A DNA stretch of 64,000 bases, from contig JAAOMT010000299.1 of NCBI GenBank assembly GCA_016748015.1, forward strand, positions 1 through 64,000. The letters are read 5' to 3'. Both the position numbers and the translations under genes were made by a program. Under the pieces are notes generated by a model. The model was not told the DNA's origin. It was given only the letters and a program-made list of their open reading frames with translations, and ran no database searches. The stretch comes from Geosiphon pyriformis uo1. Its lineage: Eukaryota; Fungi; Glomeromycota. This document shows positions 12,424-23,744 of the stretch, one piece after another; position 1 is the first letter of the stretch, and every line of letters starts with the position of its first letter.

Positions 12424-13913
12424 AAAGAAAATCAAAAAAGAAATAATAATTAGCAATAATTCATTGCTAAAAAGGAAAAGACAAAAGTGGCGACAAAAAC
12501 CCCTAATCTTACTGTTCTTGAATTCTGCCGTGCTATTTACACACAAAATCAAAGTGATCTTGGATTACCAGAAGGGTGTTGTCCAGCAGAATCTGCCCTC
12601 ACTTATTATATCAANNNNNNNNNNNNNNNNNNNNACATATATTGCAAGACTAACAGATTTCTTAGGAGAGGAAGAAGAAACGGACGTGCACACATGGCTC
12701 AGAGAAGCACAAAAAGCCATCCAGGCAAATAACTGGAACAACCAAAGAGCAATTCAAACATTACCTTTCTTCCTGAAAGGCACAGCTGACTCGTGGTATC
12801 AAAGCCTGGAAACAAAACCCATGAGCTTCGCCGAATTTAAAAATGCACTCCTGGAGTATTTTAGCGACCCAAACGCTGTAATCCAACTACAGAACGAATT
12901 CAATACTATCAAGCAAAATACCAGTAAAACTGTCACCCAATACCTTGCTCGATTCAATTGAATTCGCCGTCAGATTGAAGCGATTGAACAAGGATACTAC
13001 ACTGATCCTCAGGTTTTAAATCAGTTTATTAGAGGATTAAAAAGCAGCATTTTAGNNNNNNNNNNNNNNNNNNNNGCCACCCTAGACTGGACCACCCAAG
13101 AGCTTCTGATCAATTATAATGGCCACCAGGCCAAAATTCCAGCCACCTGTGGCCATTTCCAAAAACCCAGCGCCAACCAAAGACCTACCTTCGAATTTGA
13201 GGAAAATCCAGCACTACCAGCCATCGAAACCTATCAGCTCTCTTGGGCTGATGACCAAAGAACAGAACTACCAGCCGTACCAACATGGACCAGCGAAGAA
13301 AGATCCGAATGGAACCAGGTAAGTTCACGAAGAAACCACAAGTGACGCAGACCAAAGCTAGAATGCTCGGTTTGCAAGAAGAAACTCTCGTCTATGACTG
13401 CGTGCAGTGCACCGGACAAAGACCCAAGAAACCCCACCCACTACTATTGTAACCATTATAACAAAGAAAAATACGGTTACCCAGAAAGACACGGAAAATG
13501 GGACGAGGAACCGTGCCTCGCTTGTGGAGAACTGTTACCAAGAGGGTGCAACTGGAACGACTTACCAGGCAGAGGAGGAACGTGTGACACAACTTGCCAA
13601 TACACGATCCTTATCTGTGACTGGGTAAGAGGAGGAACGCCGTTCGAAGCAGCGTTCAACAGAGCGTTAAAAAGACTACAGCACTACTCACACGACGAGG
13701 ACGAGTTGTACAACACCGCACAAGCCAAAGTAAGAGGAGGAACCGCCGAAGAAATACGACATTGGAAAGAGTCAGCCGAAGTAGCCGACGAAGTCGCTAG
13801 CTACAACATGTTCGACCCAGTGGACGAATTCCAGGACTACTACCAACAACTATGCCCCACTCGACAAGAGCAAGAACAATACCTCGCCCAAATNNNNNNN
13901 NNNNNNNNNNNNN

Positions 13914-15309
13914 AAGCACAAAAAGCCATCCAGGCAAATAACTGGAACAACCAAAGAGCAATTCAAACATTACCTTTCTTCCTGAAAGGCACAGCTGACT
14001 CGTGGTATCAAAGCCTGGAAACAAAACCCATGAGCTTCGCCGAATTTAAAAATGCACTCCTGGAGTATTTTAGCGACCCAAACGCTGTAATCCAACTACA
14101 GAACGAATTCAATACTATCAAGCAAAATACCAGTAAAACTGTCACCCAATACCTTGCTCGATTCAATTGAATTCGCCGTCAGATTGAAGCGATTGAACAA
14201 GGATACTACACTGATCCTCAGGTTTTAAATCAGTTTATTAGAGGATTAAAAAGCAGCATTTTAGGAAAAGTACGCCCTGCCCACCCTAATTCCTTACCAG
14301 AAGCCGTTACGCTCGCCAGAGCCCTTGAATCGGCTGAGAAAGAAGCTAACCATAGTCAAATGGTTAACATGGTAATGGAGGAAAATAAGACAGAAACATT
14401 AGAGAAAAGAGTAACACGATTAGGGGAGGAACTCTCTAAGAAAATAGAAAGTTACCTCATCCCGGATCCGAGAAAAAATACATACCAACCACCCCAAAGA
14501 CGCAGCCAGGAAGTCAGTGACAGTCGAAATAATCGCCCGTCGCACCAGGAATTCAGAACAGAAACACGCACCTGCCATTTTTGCAAATGCGTAGGACATT
14601 TGATTAGTCAATGTCGAACGCGAATGATGCAGGAAGCACGTGAAAATAATTACTACGCGCCACCCCAAATGCCCAGAAACCAGTACACGCCAATACCACG
14701 CCAATATCCCACTACATATCAAAATCAAGGAGCTTACCAGCAACAGCCCATGATAGCCAACCCAAATTGGCATCCCGAGGCCTGAAATCAGCCCATGTAG
14801 AACCAGAACGTGTTGGTCCAGAGGAATCCAAACCGCGCCAAAACCAATCAGCAAACCAATCCAAACTACCAAAATTATCAACAAACTTACCTTAATATAC
14901 CGGAAAACCTGATCATCGGAAACAATGACGGTAGAAACATAAACAGAACCAAGAATTCCTCCAAATTGAGCCAGACAATACCACCAGCAGTTGTCACCGA
15001 AGATAGCAGCCTCGCAGCTATTTTTCCTTTTGAATTAGAGGAAAACAAGGCTATGTTCAGTGGAGCAGCATTGGATGAAAAACGCCCAATCACTGCTATG
15101 TATACGGAAGCCACTGTAAACAATACCCCAATCAAACTTATCTTAGACAGCGGATCCGCTGAAAGCATCGTAACGCTTCAACTAGTAAACCAACTGGGTT
15201 TCAAAGTTGATCATGCCGCGACGTCCCAAATCATAACAGCCGATGGAAGTACAAAGCTGCCTTATGGCGAAATCGACTCATTCCCTTTCGAAATTAACGG
15301 CATAGTAAT
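13914..15309 (+). pseudogene. gag: C2 Gag capsid - CCHC zinc knuckle - aspartic protease
   Basis: Retrotrans_gag-like FFLKGTADSWY, CHFCKCVGHLISQC, IKLILDSGSA, all in one frame with a few stops. Confidence 0.9.
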
Positions 15310-15333
15310 NNNNNNNNNNNNNNNNNNNNGTCT

Positions 15334-16921
15334 ATGACTGCGTGCAGTGCACCGGACAAAGACCCAAGAAACCCCACCCACTACTATTGTAACCATTATA
15401 ACAAAGAAAAATACGGTTACCCAGAAAGACACGGAAAATGGGACGAGGAACCGTGCCTCGCTTGTGGAGAACTGTTACCAAGAGGGTGCAACTGGAACGA
15501 CTTACCAGGCAGAGGAGGAACGTGTGACACAACTTGCCAATACACGATCCTCATCTGTGACTGGGTAAGAGGAGGAACGCCGTTCGAAGCAGCGTTCAAC
15601 AGAGCGTTAAAAAGACTACAGCACTACTCACACGACGAGGACGAGTTGTACAACACCGCACAAGCCAAAGTAAGAGGAGGAACCGCCGAAGAAATACGAC
15701 ATTGGAAAGAGTCAGCCGAAGTAGCCGACGAAGTCGCTAGCTACAACATGTTCGACCCAGTGGACGAATTCCAGGACTACTACCAACAACTATGCCCCAC
15801 TCGACAAGAGCAAGAACAATACCTCGCCCAAATCAACACTTACCTCTGCGAAAACTGTCTCATCCCGTGCCAAAGTCAGTGCTGTGAAGAGTGTCAAGAC
15901 AAAAGGGACTTAGAAAGAAAAATGGAAATTGAGAATCAGCAGTCTCAAAATCAATCAATAAATCAACAAGACTCACCTGATGGTCCTGAGTCAGAAAAAT
16001 TTGTAGCCTATACTGATCTAGAACAGGTGACTGACATCCGATACTTTGACAACGGGCACTTAGGAATAATACCCGAAAGAGCCCATCCAACTGACGCCGG
16101 ATTCGATCTACGTTATCCGGAAGACCAATCCACAACATTACCACCCAGGAGCATCACCAAAATTGACCTAAAATTAGTGGTTGAAATTCCACCAGGAATA
16201 ATGGTTCAAATGGCATTGCGATCAAGCCTTGCGAAAAAAGGAATAAGCGTTCAAGGAGGAGTAATTGACTCCGGATACACTGGAAATTTGATGGTTTTGC
16301 TACAGAACAATTCAGAAAAGCCTTATACCATTGAATCTAAGGAAAAGATTGCACAAGCAATTTTCCTACCATTGGTAAAAATTGGGAAATTTGTGTCAGT
16401 GGAAAATCGTGAGGAATTGTCACAAACAACAAGAGGAACTTTTGGTTTCGGATCGACAGGAAAAGGAATTGAAGCAAATTTTGCTGAAACAATAGAGGAA
16501 AAAGGCGAAGTAATTAAAAATGAGCGGTCCATCACACTCCTACCATATGGAAAATCAGAAATAAGAATAAAAAGGACAATTAAAGAAAAAGACCTAATAT
16601 TTGAGCCCTACCCAGAAACTTGCCAACAGTTTCTCATAGGACTTACTAACCTTTTTATTCCAGCTGATAAAGCTCAATGGATAAAAATTCCTATCGCAAA
16701 CACCACAGAAGAACCCGTCTACATTCCGGAAGATACCATCATTGGATACCTCGGAACGGAGCTAGAAAATGCGTCAACACCACAAGAAATTCTAAATTTC
16801 TCAGAAATCGCCCTCTACTGTGAATTCACTTCAATAAATTGGCAACAACCGGTAGAATGCTATCAATTTACACCAGAAGAATTGGCCAAATTAAACATTG
16901 GAACAATGGATCCCGACCAAC
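15334..16921 (+). CDS. dut: C2 Pol fragment: Cys-rich domain + dUTPase + dUTPase-like domain
   Basis: All five dUTPase motifs: AGFDL, RSSLA, GVIDSGYTG, IAQ, RGTFGFGSTG. Multiple CxxC upstream. Confidence 0.92.
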
Positions 16922-17180
16922 NNNNNNNNNNNNNNNNNNNNGGATAAAAATTCCTATCGCAAACACCACAGAAGAACCCGTCTACATTCCGGAAGATACC
17001 ATCATTGGATACCTCGGAACAGAGCTAGAAAACGCGTCAACACCACAAGAAATTCTAAATTTCCCAGAAATCGCTCTCTACTGTGAACTCACTTCAACAA
17101 ATTAATAACACAGTATTGAACCACTATAGTAACTTAGAATTTAATGAAGAAATTAACTTTGATTTCGACGGAGCTCAATC

Positions 17181-17197
17181 TTGAAAGGAGGAGATAA
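17181..17197 (+). promoter_or_regulatory. Polypurine tract (C family)
   Basis: GAAAGGAGGAGATAA immediately before the LTR start TGTTA at 17198. Confidence 0.85.
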
Positions 17198-19155
17198 TGT
17201 TATGGTTTAAGAATTTAGCAAAAAGAATCATAAAAATAATACAAACTATTCAATCATAATATAGCACAGTAATAATCTTAGAAAGGTAATGATTAACATA
17301 GTAGCAAACACCATCTCGCGATAGTGGCAAGCAACAGTTCACAATAGCAGCCAACACCAACTGGTAATAGCAGCAAGCACCAGGTTGAAATATCAAAAAG
17401 AAAGTATTTTCTCGTAGAACTACAAACATGTATATATACAGTAGTTTTAATATTGGGAAAGAATCAATTAAGTAATAAAAATCATAACTTATCAAATCAT
17501 ACTTTCAAATTAAATATCTCAAGAAACCTTTAAAAATCAAAAAGAAATGAAAAAGAATAATTAAAACGGAACTATCACAACCCAAAGTATTAAGAAACTT
17601 ACTTGTATTATTTATTGAATGAAACTATCATTCATCAACTGAATCTCTTGGAAGAATAATCCTTGATCAAGATTATTCACGTTGTTACTAATTGATAAAA
17701 GCTTTATTGTGAGAATTAGAAAAGTGCTAAAGACCATTAACATTCTGTGTTTCTAGATTANNNNNNNNNNNNNNNNNNNNAAAAACAATCACAAGACCAG
17801 TCACTGGAACAAGCAGCCAGTCCAGAAACCAAGAAACTCGTGATCAAGAGGAAGAACCGGATATAAGGGAAGCCACTTTTAGGAACGCTCAAGGAAATAT
17901 CATCCCACCTCCTCTTAGACCAATAAACCCACCAGCAGAAAACGGCAACGAAATGACCACACCATACATTGCAAGACTAACAGATTTCTTAGGAGAGGAA
18001 GAAGAAACGGACGTGCACACATGGCTCAGAGAAGCACAAAAAGCCATCCAGGCAAATAACTGGAACAACCAAAGAGCAATTCAAACATTACCTTTCTTCC
18101 TGAAAGGCACAGCTGACTCGTGGTATCAAAGCCTGGAAACAAAACCCATGAGCTTCGCCGAATNNNNNNNNNNNNNNNNNNNNCATAACATTTGGTGAAC
18201 CCTACGAGGAAAGAAAATCAAAAAGGAAATAATAATTAGCAATAATTCATTGCTAAAAAGGAAAAAACAAAAGTGGCGACAAAAACCCCTAATCTTACTG
18301 TTCTTGAATTCTGCCGTGCTATTTACACACAAAAATCAAAGTGATCTTGGATTACCAGAAGGGTGTTGTCCAGCAGAATCTGCCCTCACTTATTATATCA
18401 ACGCCAGAATAAATTATCATATAGAAAAGGAAGAAGAACCACACGACGCAAAACTTAGATTGTATAGAGAATTATCACAATATACTACAAAAGAAGTAGC
18501 AGTAATAGCCGCAACTATTGTCAAAATCCATCGAGAAATTGAGCAATATGCCAACAAAAATTTTCCAATATCCACAGGAAACACTAGGGAACGCGCCAAC
18601 AAAACCAAAGAAAATTTAGAAACTAATCAGGAAAGTAACCAGCAAAAACTAGAAACACCAGCTCAAANNNNNNNNNNNNNNNNNNNNTTTAAAACGGAAC
18701 TATCACAACCCAAAGTATTAAGAAACTTACTTGTATTATTTATTGAATGAAACTATCATTCATCAACTGAATCTCTTGGAAGAATAATCCTTGATCAAGA
18801 TTATTCACGTTGTTACTAATTGATAAAAGCTTTATTGTGAGAATTAGAAAAGTGCTAAAGACCATTAACATTCTGTGTTTCTAGATTAGAGAAACACATC
18901 AGGCAATTACAAGGATAGCCTCAGAGAAGACCCCAGACAGTGGGTAGATTTCAGTTCAGCCTCTGAGAAGGAGTACATAAACACACACAACAATCAAGAA
19001 TTAAAGAATAACTTACATCGCAACAGTAAAAAGAAAGCCTTCAGTGTAACAAGTGATATTATCACACAAATAGAATTGAGGAACTCACGAAAGACTGATT
19101 GCAATTAAAGCAGAATATCAGCAATTAAATATAACAAGAAAACCATCCCGTAACA

Positions 19156-22100
19156 ACGCTATTTGAACCATTATTCCTGGCGGAATTTCAACTGCTATTT
19201 TTAGGTCGATTTTGGTGATACTCTTAGGTGGTAATGTTGTGGATTGGTCTTTCAGATAACGTAGATCGAATCTGGCATCAGTTGGATGGGCTCTTTCAGA
19301 TATTATTCTTAAGTGCCCATTGCAAAGTATCGGATGTCGGTCACCTGTTCTAGGTCAGTATAGGCTACAAATTTTTCTGACTCAGGACTGTTAGGTAAGT
19401 TTTGTTGATTTATTGATTGATTTTGAGACTGCTGATTCTCAATTTCCATTTTTTTTTCTAAGTTCCTTTCATCTTGACACTCTTCACAGCACTGATTTTG
19501 GCACAGGATAAGACAGTTTTCGCAGAGGTAAGTGTTGATTTGGGCAAGGTATTGTTCTTGCTCTTGTCAAGTGGGGCATAGTTGTTGGTAGTAGTCCTGA
19601 AATTTGTCTACTGGGTTGAACATGTTGTAGCTGGTGACTTCGTTGGCTATTTCGGCTGACTCTTTCCAATGTCGTATTTCTTCAGTGGTTCCTTCTTTTA
19701 CTTTGGCTTGTATGGTGTTGTACAACTTGTTCTCATTGTGTGGGTAGTGCTGTAGTTTTTTTAATGCTCTGTTGAATACTGCTTCAAACGGCGTTTCTTC
19801 TCTTACCCAGTTACAGATAAGGATTGTGTATTGGTAAGTTGTGTTACATGTTTCTCCTCTGTCTAGTATGTCGTTCCAGTTGCACCCTCTTGGTAATGGT
19901 TCTCCACAAGCAAGGCACAGTTTTTCGTCCCATTTTCCGTGTCTTTCTGGGTAACCATATTTTTCTTTGTTACAATGGTTACAATAATAATAGGTAAAGT
20001 TTTTTGGGTCTTCGTCTGGTGCGCTGTACACAGTTATAGACAAGAGTTTCTTCTTGCAAACTGAGCATTCTAGCTTTGGTGTGCATTGCTGGTGGTTTCT
20101 TTGTGAACTTACTTGGTTTTATTTGGATTTTTCTTTGCTGGTCCACATTAATATGGCTGGTAGTCCTGTTCTTTGGTTATCAGCCCAAGAGAGCTAATAG
20201 GTTTTGATGACTGGTAGTGCTGAATTTTCCTCAAATTTGAAGGTAGGTTTTTGGTTGGCACTGGGTTTTTGGAAGTGGCCACAGGTGGCTGGAATTTTGG
20301 CCTGGTGGCTATTATAATTGATCAGAAGCTCTTGGGTGGTCCAGTTTAGGGTGGCATTGGCTTTTGTTAGCCAGTTATTCCCTATTAACGCTTGATATTG
20401 TGTAGCGTCCATTACTGATACTTTTGTAGGTATTACTATGCTGTTAATTTCAAAAGGGAATGAGTCAATTTTGCCATGAAACAGCTTTGTACTTCCATTG
20501 GCTGTTATGATTTGGAATGTCACAGCATAATCAACTTTGAAACCCAGTTGGTTTACTAGTTGAAGTGTTATGATGCTTCCAGTAGATCTGCTGTTTAAGA
20601 TAAGTTTGATTGGGGTATTGTTTACAGTAACTTCCGTATACATAGCAATGATTGGGCATTTTTCGTCCAATGCTGTTCCACTGAACATAGCCTTGTTTTC
20701 CTCTAATTTAAAAAGAAAAATAGCTGCGAGGCTGCTATCTTCAGTGGCAACTGCTGGTGGTATTGTCTGGCTCAATTTGTTGGAGAAATTTTTGGTTCTG
20801 TTTATGTTTCTACCATCATTGTTTCCAATGATTAAATTTTTCGGTATATTAAGGTAAGTTTGTTGATAATTTTGGTAGTTTGGATTGGTTTGCTGATTGG
20901 TTCCAGCGTGGTTTGGATTCCTCTGGACCAATGTGTTCTGGTTCTATATGGGCTGATTTTGGGCCTTGGAACGCCAATTCAGGTTGGTTATCATGAGCTG
21001 TTACTGGTACGCTCTTTGATTTTGATACGTGGTGGAATATTGGCATGGTATTGGCGTGTACTGGTTTCTGGACATTTGGGGTGGTGCGTAATAATTATTT
21101 TTGCATGCTTCCTGCATCATTTGTGTTCAACATTGACTAATCAAATGTCCTACATGTTTGCAAAAATGACAGGCACGCATTTCTGTTCTGAATTCCTGGC
21201 ATGACGAGCGATTATTTCAACTGTTGCTGACTTTCTGGCTGTGTCTTTGGGGTGGTTAATATGTATTTCTTCTCAGATCCAAGATGAGGTAACTTTCTAT
21301 TTTCTTAGAAAGTTCCTCCCCTAATTGCATTACTCTTTTCTCTAATGTTTCTGTCTTATTTTCCTCCATTACCATGTTAACCATTTGACTATGGTTAGCT
21401 TCTTTCTCAGCCAATTCAAGGGCTTTGGTGAGTGTAATGGCTTCTGGTAAGAAATTAGGGTGAGCAGAGCATACTCTTCTTAAAATGCTACTTTTTAATC
21501 CTCTAATAAACTGATTTAAAACCTGAGGATTAGTGTAGTATCCTTGTTCAATTGCTTCAATCTGATGGCGAATTTGATTGAATCGAGCAAGGTATTGGGT
21601 GACAGTTTCACCAGTATTTTGCTTAATAGTATTGAATTCGTTCTGTAGTTGAATTATGGCATTTGGGTCACTAAAATACTCCAGGAGTGCATTTTTAAAT
21701 TCAGCAAAGCTCGTGGGTTTTGTTTCCAGGCTTTAATACCACGAGTTGGCTGTGCCTTTCAGGAAAAAAAGTAATGTTTAAATTGCTCTTTGGTTGTTCC
21801 AGTTATTTGCCTAGATGGCTTTTTGTGCTTCTTTGAACCACATGTGCATATCTGTTTCTTTTTCTTCTCCTGAGAAATCTGTTAGTCTTACAATGTATGG
21901 TGTGATCATTTTGTCATCATTTTCTGCTGGTGGGCTTATTGGTCTAAGAGGAAATGAGATGATATTTTCTTAAGCGTTCCTAAAGGTGGCTTCCTTTATA
22001 TCTGGTTCTTCCTCTTGATCACGAGTTTCTTGGTTTCTGGACTGGCTGCTTGTTCCAGTAACTGGTCTTGTGATTGTTTTTTCGCTGGTCTCTTTTTCGG

Positions 22101-22788
22101 ATTCTGATTCAGACTGCTCTTCACAGTTTTCAAAACTCATTCCAAATTTTGGCTAAAAAAGAGGGTTTTGGAATAGTGATAAATATTCTCCTGTAATTGG
22201 TATGTCTTTCCAGTTATGTTGTTTAATTTTATCAGTATAATTAAGAGTTCTTGGCATTTGTGGAGTTGATGTTGATAATGATGCAGCTCCTAATGGAATT
22301 TGTATTTTATTTTCTGGTGAAAAATAGTATGATTTATCTTTTGGTGAATAAATACGTTGTTTTTTTATTGATTGAGTGACAGTTTTTTTTGGTGTTTGAG
22401 CAAGTGTTCCTAGTTTTTGCTGGTTACTTTCCTGATTAGTTTCTGAATTTTCTTTGGTTTTGTTGGCGTGTTCTCTAGTGTTTCCTGTGGATATTGGAAA
22501 ATTTTTGTTGGTGTATTGCTCAATTTTTTAATGGATTTTGACAATAGTTGTGGCTATTACTGCTACTTCTTTTGTAATATATTGTGATAATTTTCTATAC
22601 AATCCAAGTTTTGCATCATGTGGTTCTTCTTCCTTTCCTATATGATAATTTATTCTGGCATTGATATAATAAGTGAAGGCAGATTCTGCTGGACAACACT
22701 CTTCTGGTAATTCAAGATCACTTTGATTTTGTGTGTAAATAGCATGGCAAAATTCAAGAACAGTAAGATTAGGGGTTTTTGTCACCAC
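19156..22788 (-). pseudogene. gag: C1 gag - protease - Cys-rich - dUTPase N-terminal part
   Basis: ORFs 22528-22788, 20194-20931 and 19567-20043 match the C2 proteins. Confidence 0.92.
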
Positions 22789-22870
22789 TTTTGTCTCTTC
22801 CTTTTTAGCAATGAATTATTGCTAATTATTATTTCCTTTTTGATTTTCTTTCCTTGTAGGAAGCACTAAA

Positions 22871-23744
22871 TGTTATAAGATGGTTTTCTTGTTATATTTA
22901 ATTGCCGATATCCTGTTTTAATTACAATCAGTCTTTCGTGAGTTCCTCAATTCTATTTGTGTGATAATGTTATTGTTATACTGAAGACTTTTTTTTTTAA
23001 TGTCGCAATGTAAGTTATTCTTCAATTCCTGATTGTTGTGTGTGTTTATGTACTCCTTTTCAGAGGCTGAACTGAAATCTACTCACTGTTTGGGGTCTTC
23101 TCTGAGGCTATCCTTGCAATTGTCTGATGTGTTTCTCTAATCTAGAAACACAGAAGGTTAATGGCCTTTAGTGCTTTTCCTAATTCTTACAATAAAGCTT
23201 TTATCAATTAGTAACAACGTGAATAATCTTGATCAAGAATTATTTTTCCAAGGGATTCAGTTGATGAATGATAGTTTCATTCAATAAATAATACAAGTAA
23301 GTTTCTTAATACTTTGGGTTGTAATAATTCAGTTTTAAATATTCTTTTTCATTTCTTTTTGATTTAAAGGTTTCTTAGGATATTTAATTTGAAAGTATGA
23401 TTTAAAGTGGAGTTTGTTGAATAAAATTGGATCTATTGCTTGATAAATTATGATTTTTATTACTTGATTCTCTTTTCTCAATATTAAAACTACTGTATAT
23501 ATACATGTTTGTAGTTCTACAAGAAAACACATTGTAATACTTTTTTTTGATATTTCAACCTGGTGTTTGCTGCTATCATCAGTTGGTGTTGACTGCTATT
23601 GTGAACTGGTGCTTGTCACTATCGTGAAATGGTGTTTGCTACTATGTTAATCATTACCTTTCTAAGATTATTACTATGCTATATTATGATTGTATAGTTT
23701 ATATTGTTTTTATGATTCTTTTGCTAAATTCTTAAACCATAACA
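22871..23744 (-). repeat. 5' LTR of C1
   Basis: Direct repeat of 6907-7780, followed on the minus strand by PBS TAGTGCTTCCTACAAGG. Confidence 0.95.

Larger units (their letters stand above)
12037..19155 (+). mobile_element. Element C2: young C-family copy or copies inserted antisense in the C1 dUTPase; fragmented assembly
   Basis: TGTTACGG start and CCCGTAACA end, perfect ACGC TSD at 12033-12036 and 19156-19159. LTR pieces at 12037-12404, 17198-17760 and 18688-19155. CpG-rich, many N gaps, duplicated segments. Confidence 0.9.
6907..23744 (-). mobile_element. Element C1: full-length Ty3/Gypsy element, split by C2
   Basis: Near-identical LTRs at 6907-7780 and 22871-23744, PPT about 7781-7798, PBS about 22852-22868. 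Flanks CTGT/CCAT reconstruct to CCGT. Confidence 0.95.

Noticed and set aside
12635-14255. Repeated gag and Cys-rich modules suggesting a multi-gag element (also 15330-15830 and 17950-18163)
   Set aside because: Each repeat is bounded by N gaps and is essentially identical. The order is unreliable, and ORFs spanning the Ns are artificial fusions.
14420-14884. Hydrophobic antisense ORFs opposite gag (also 20860-21204, 33194-33651, 43970-44254, 61889-62254)
   Set aside because: Shadows of Gln/Asn/Pro-rich CAA/AAC/CCA codons on the sense strand; no independent evidence.
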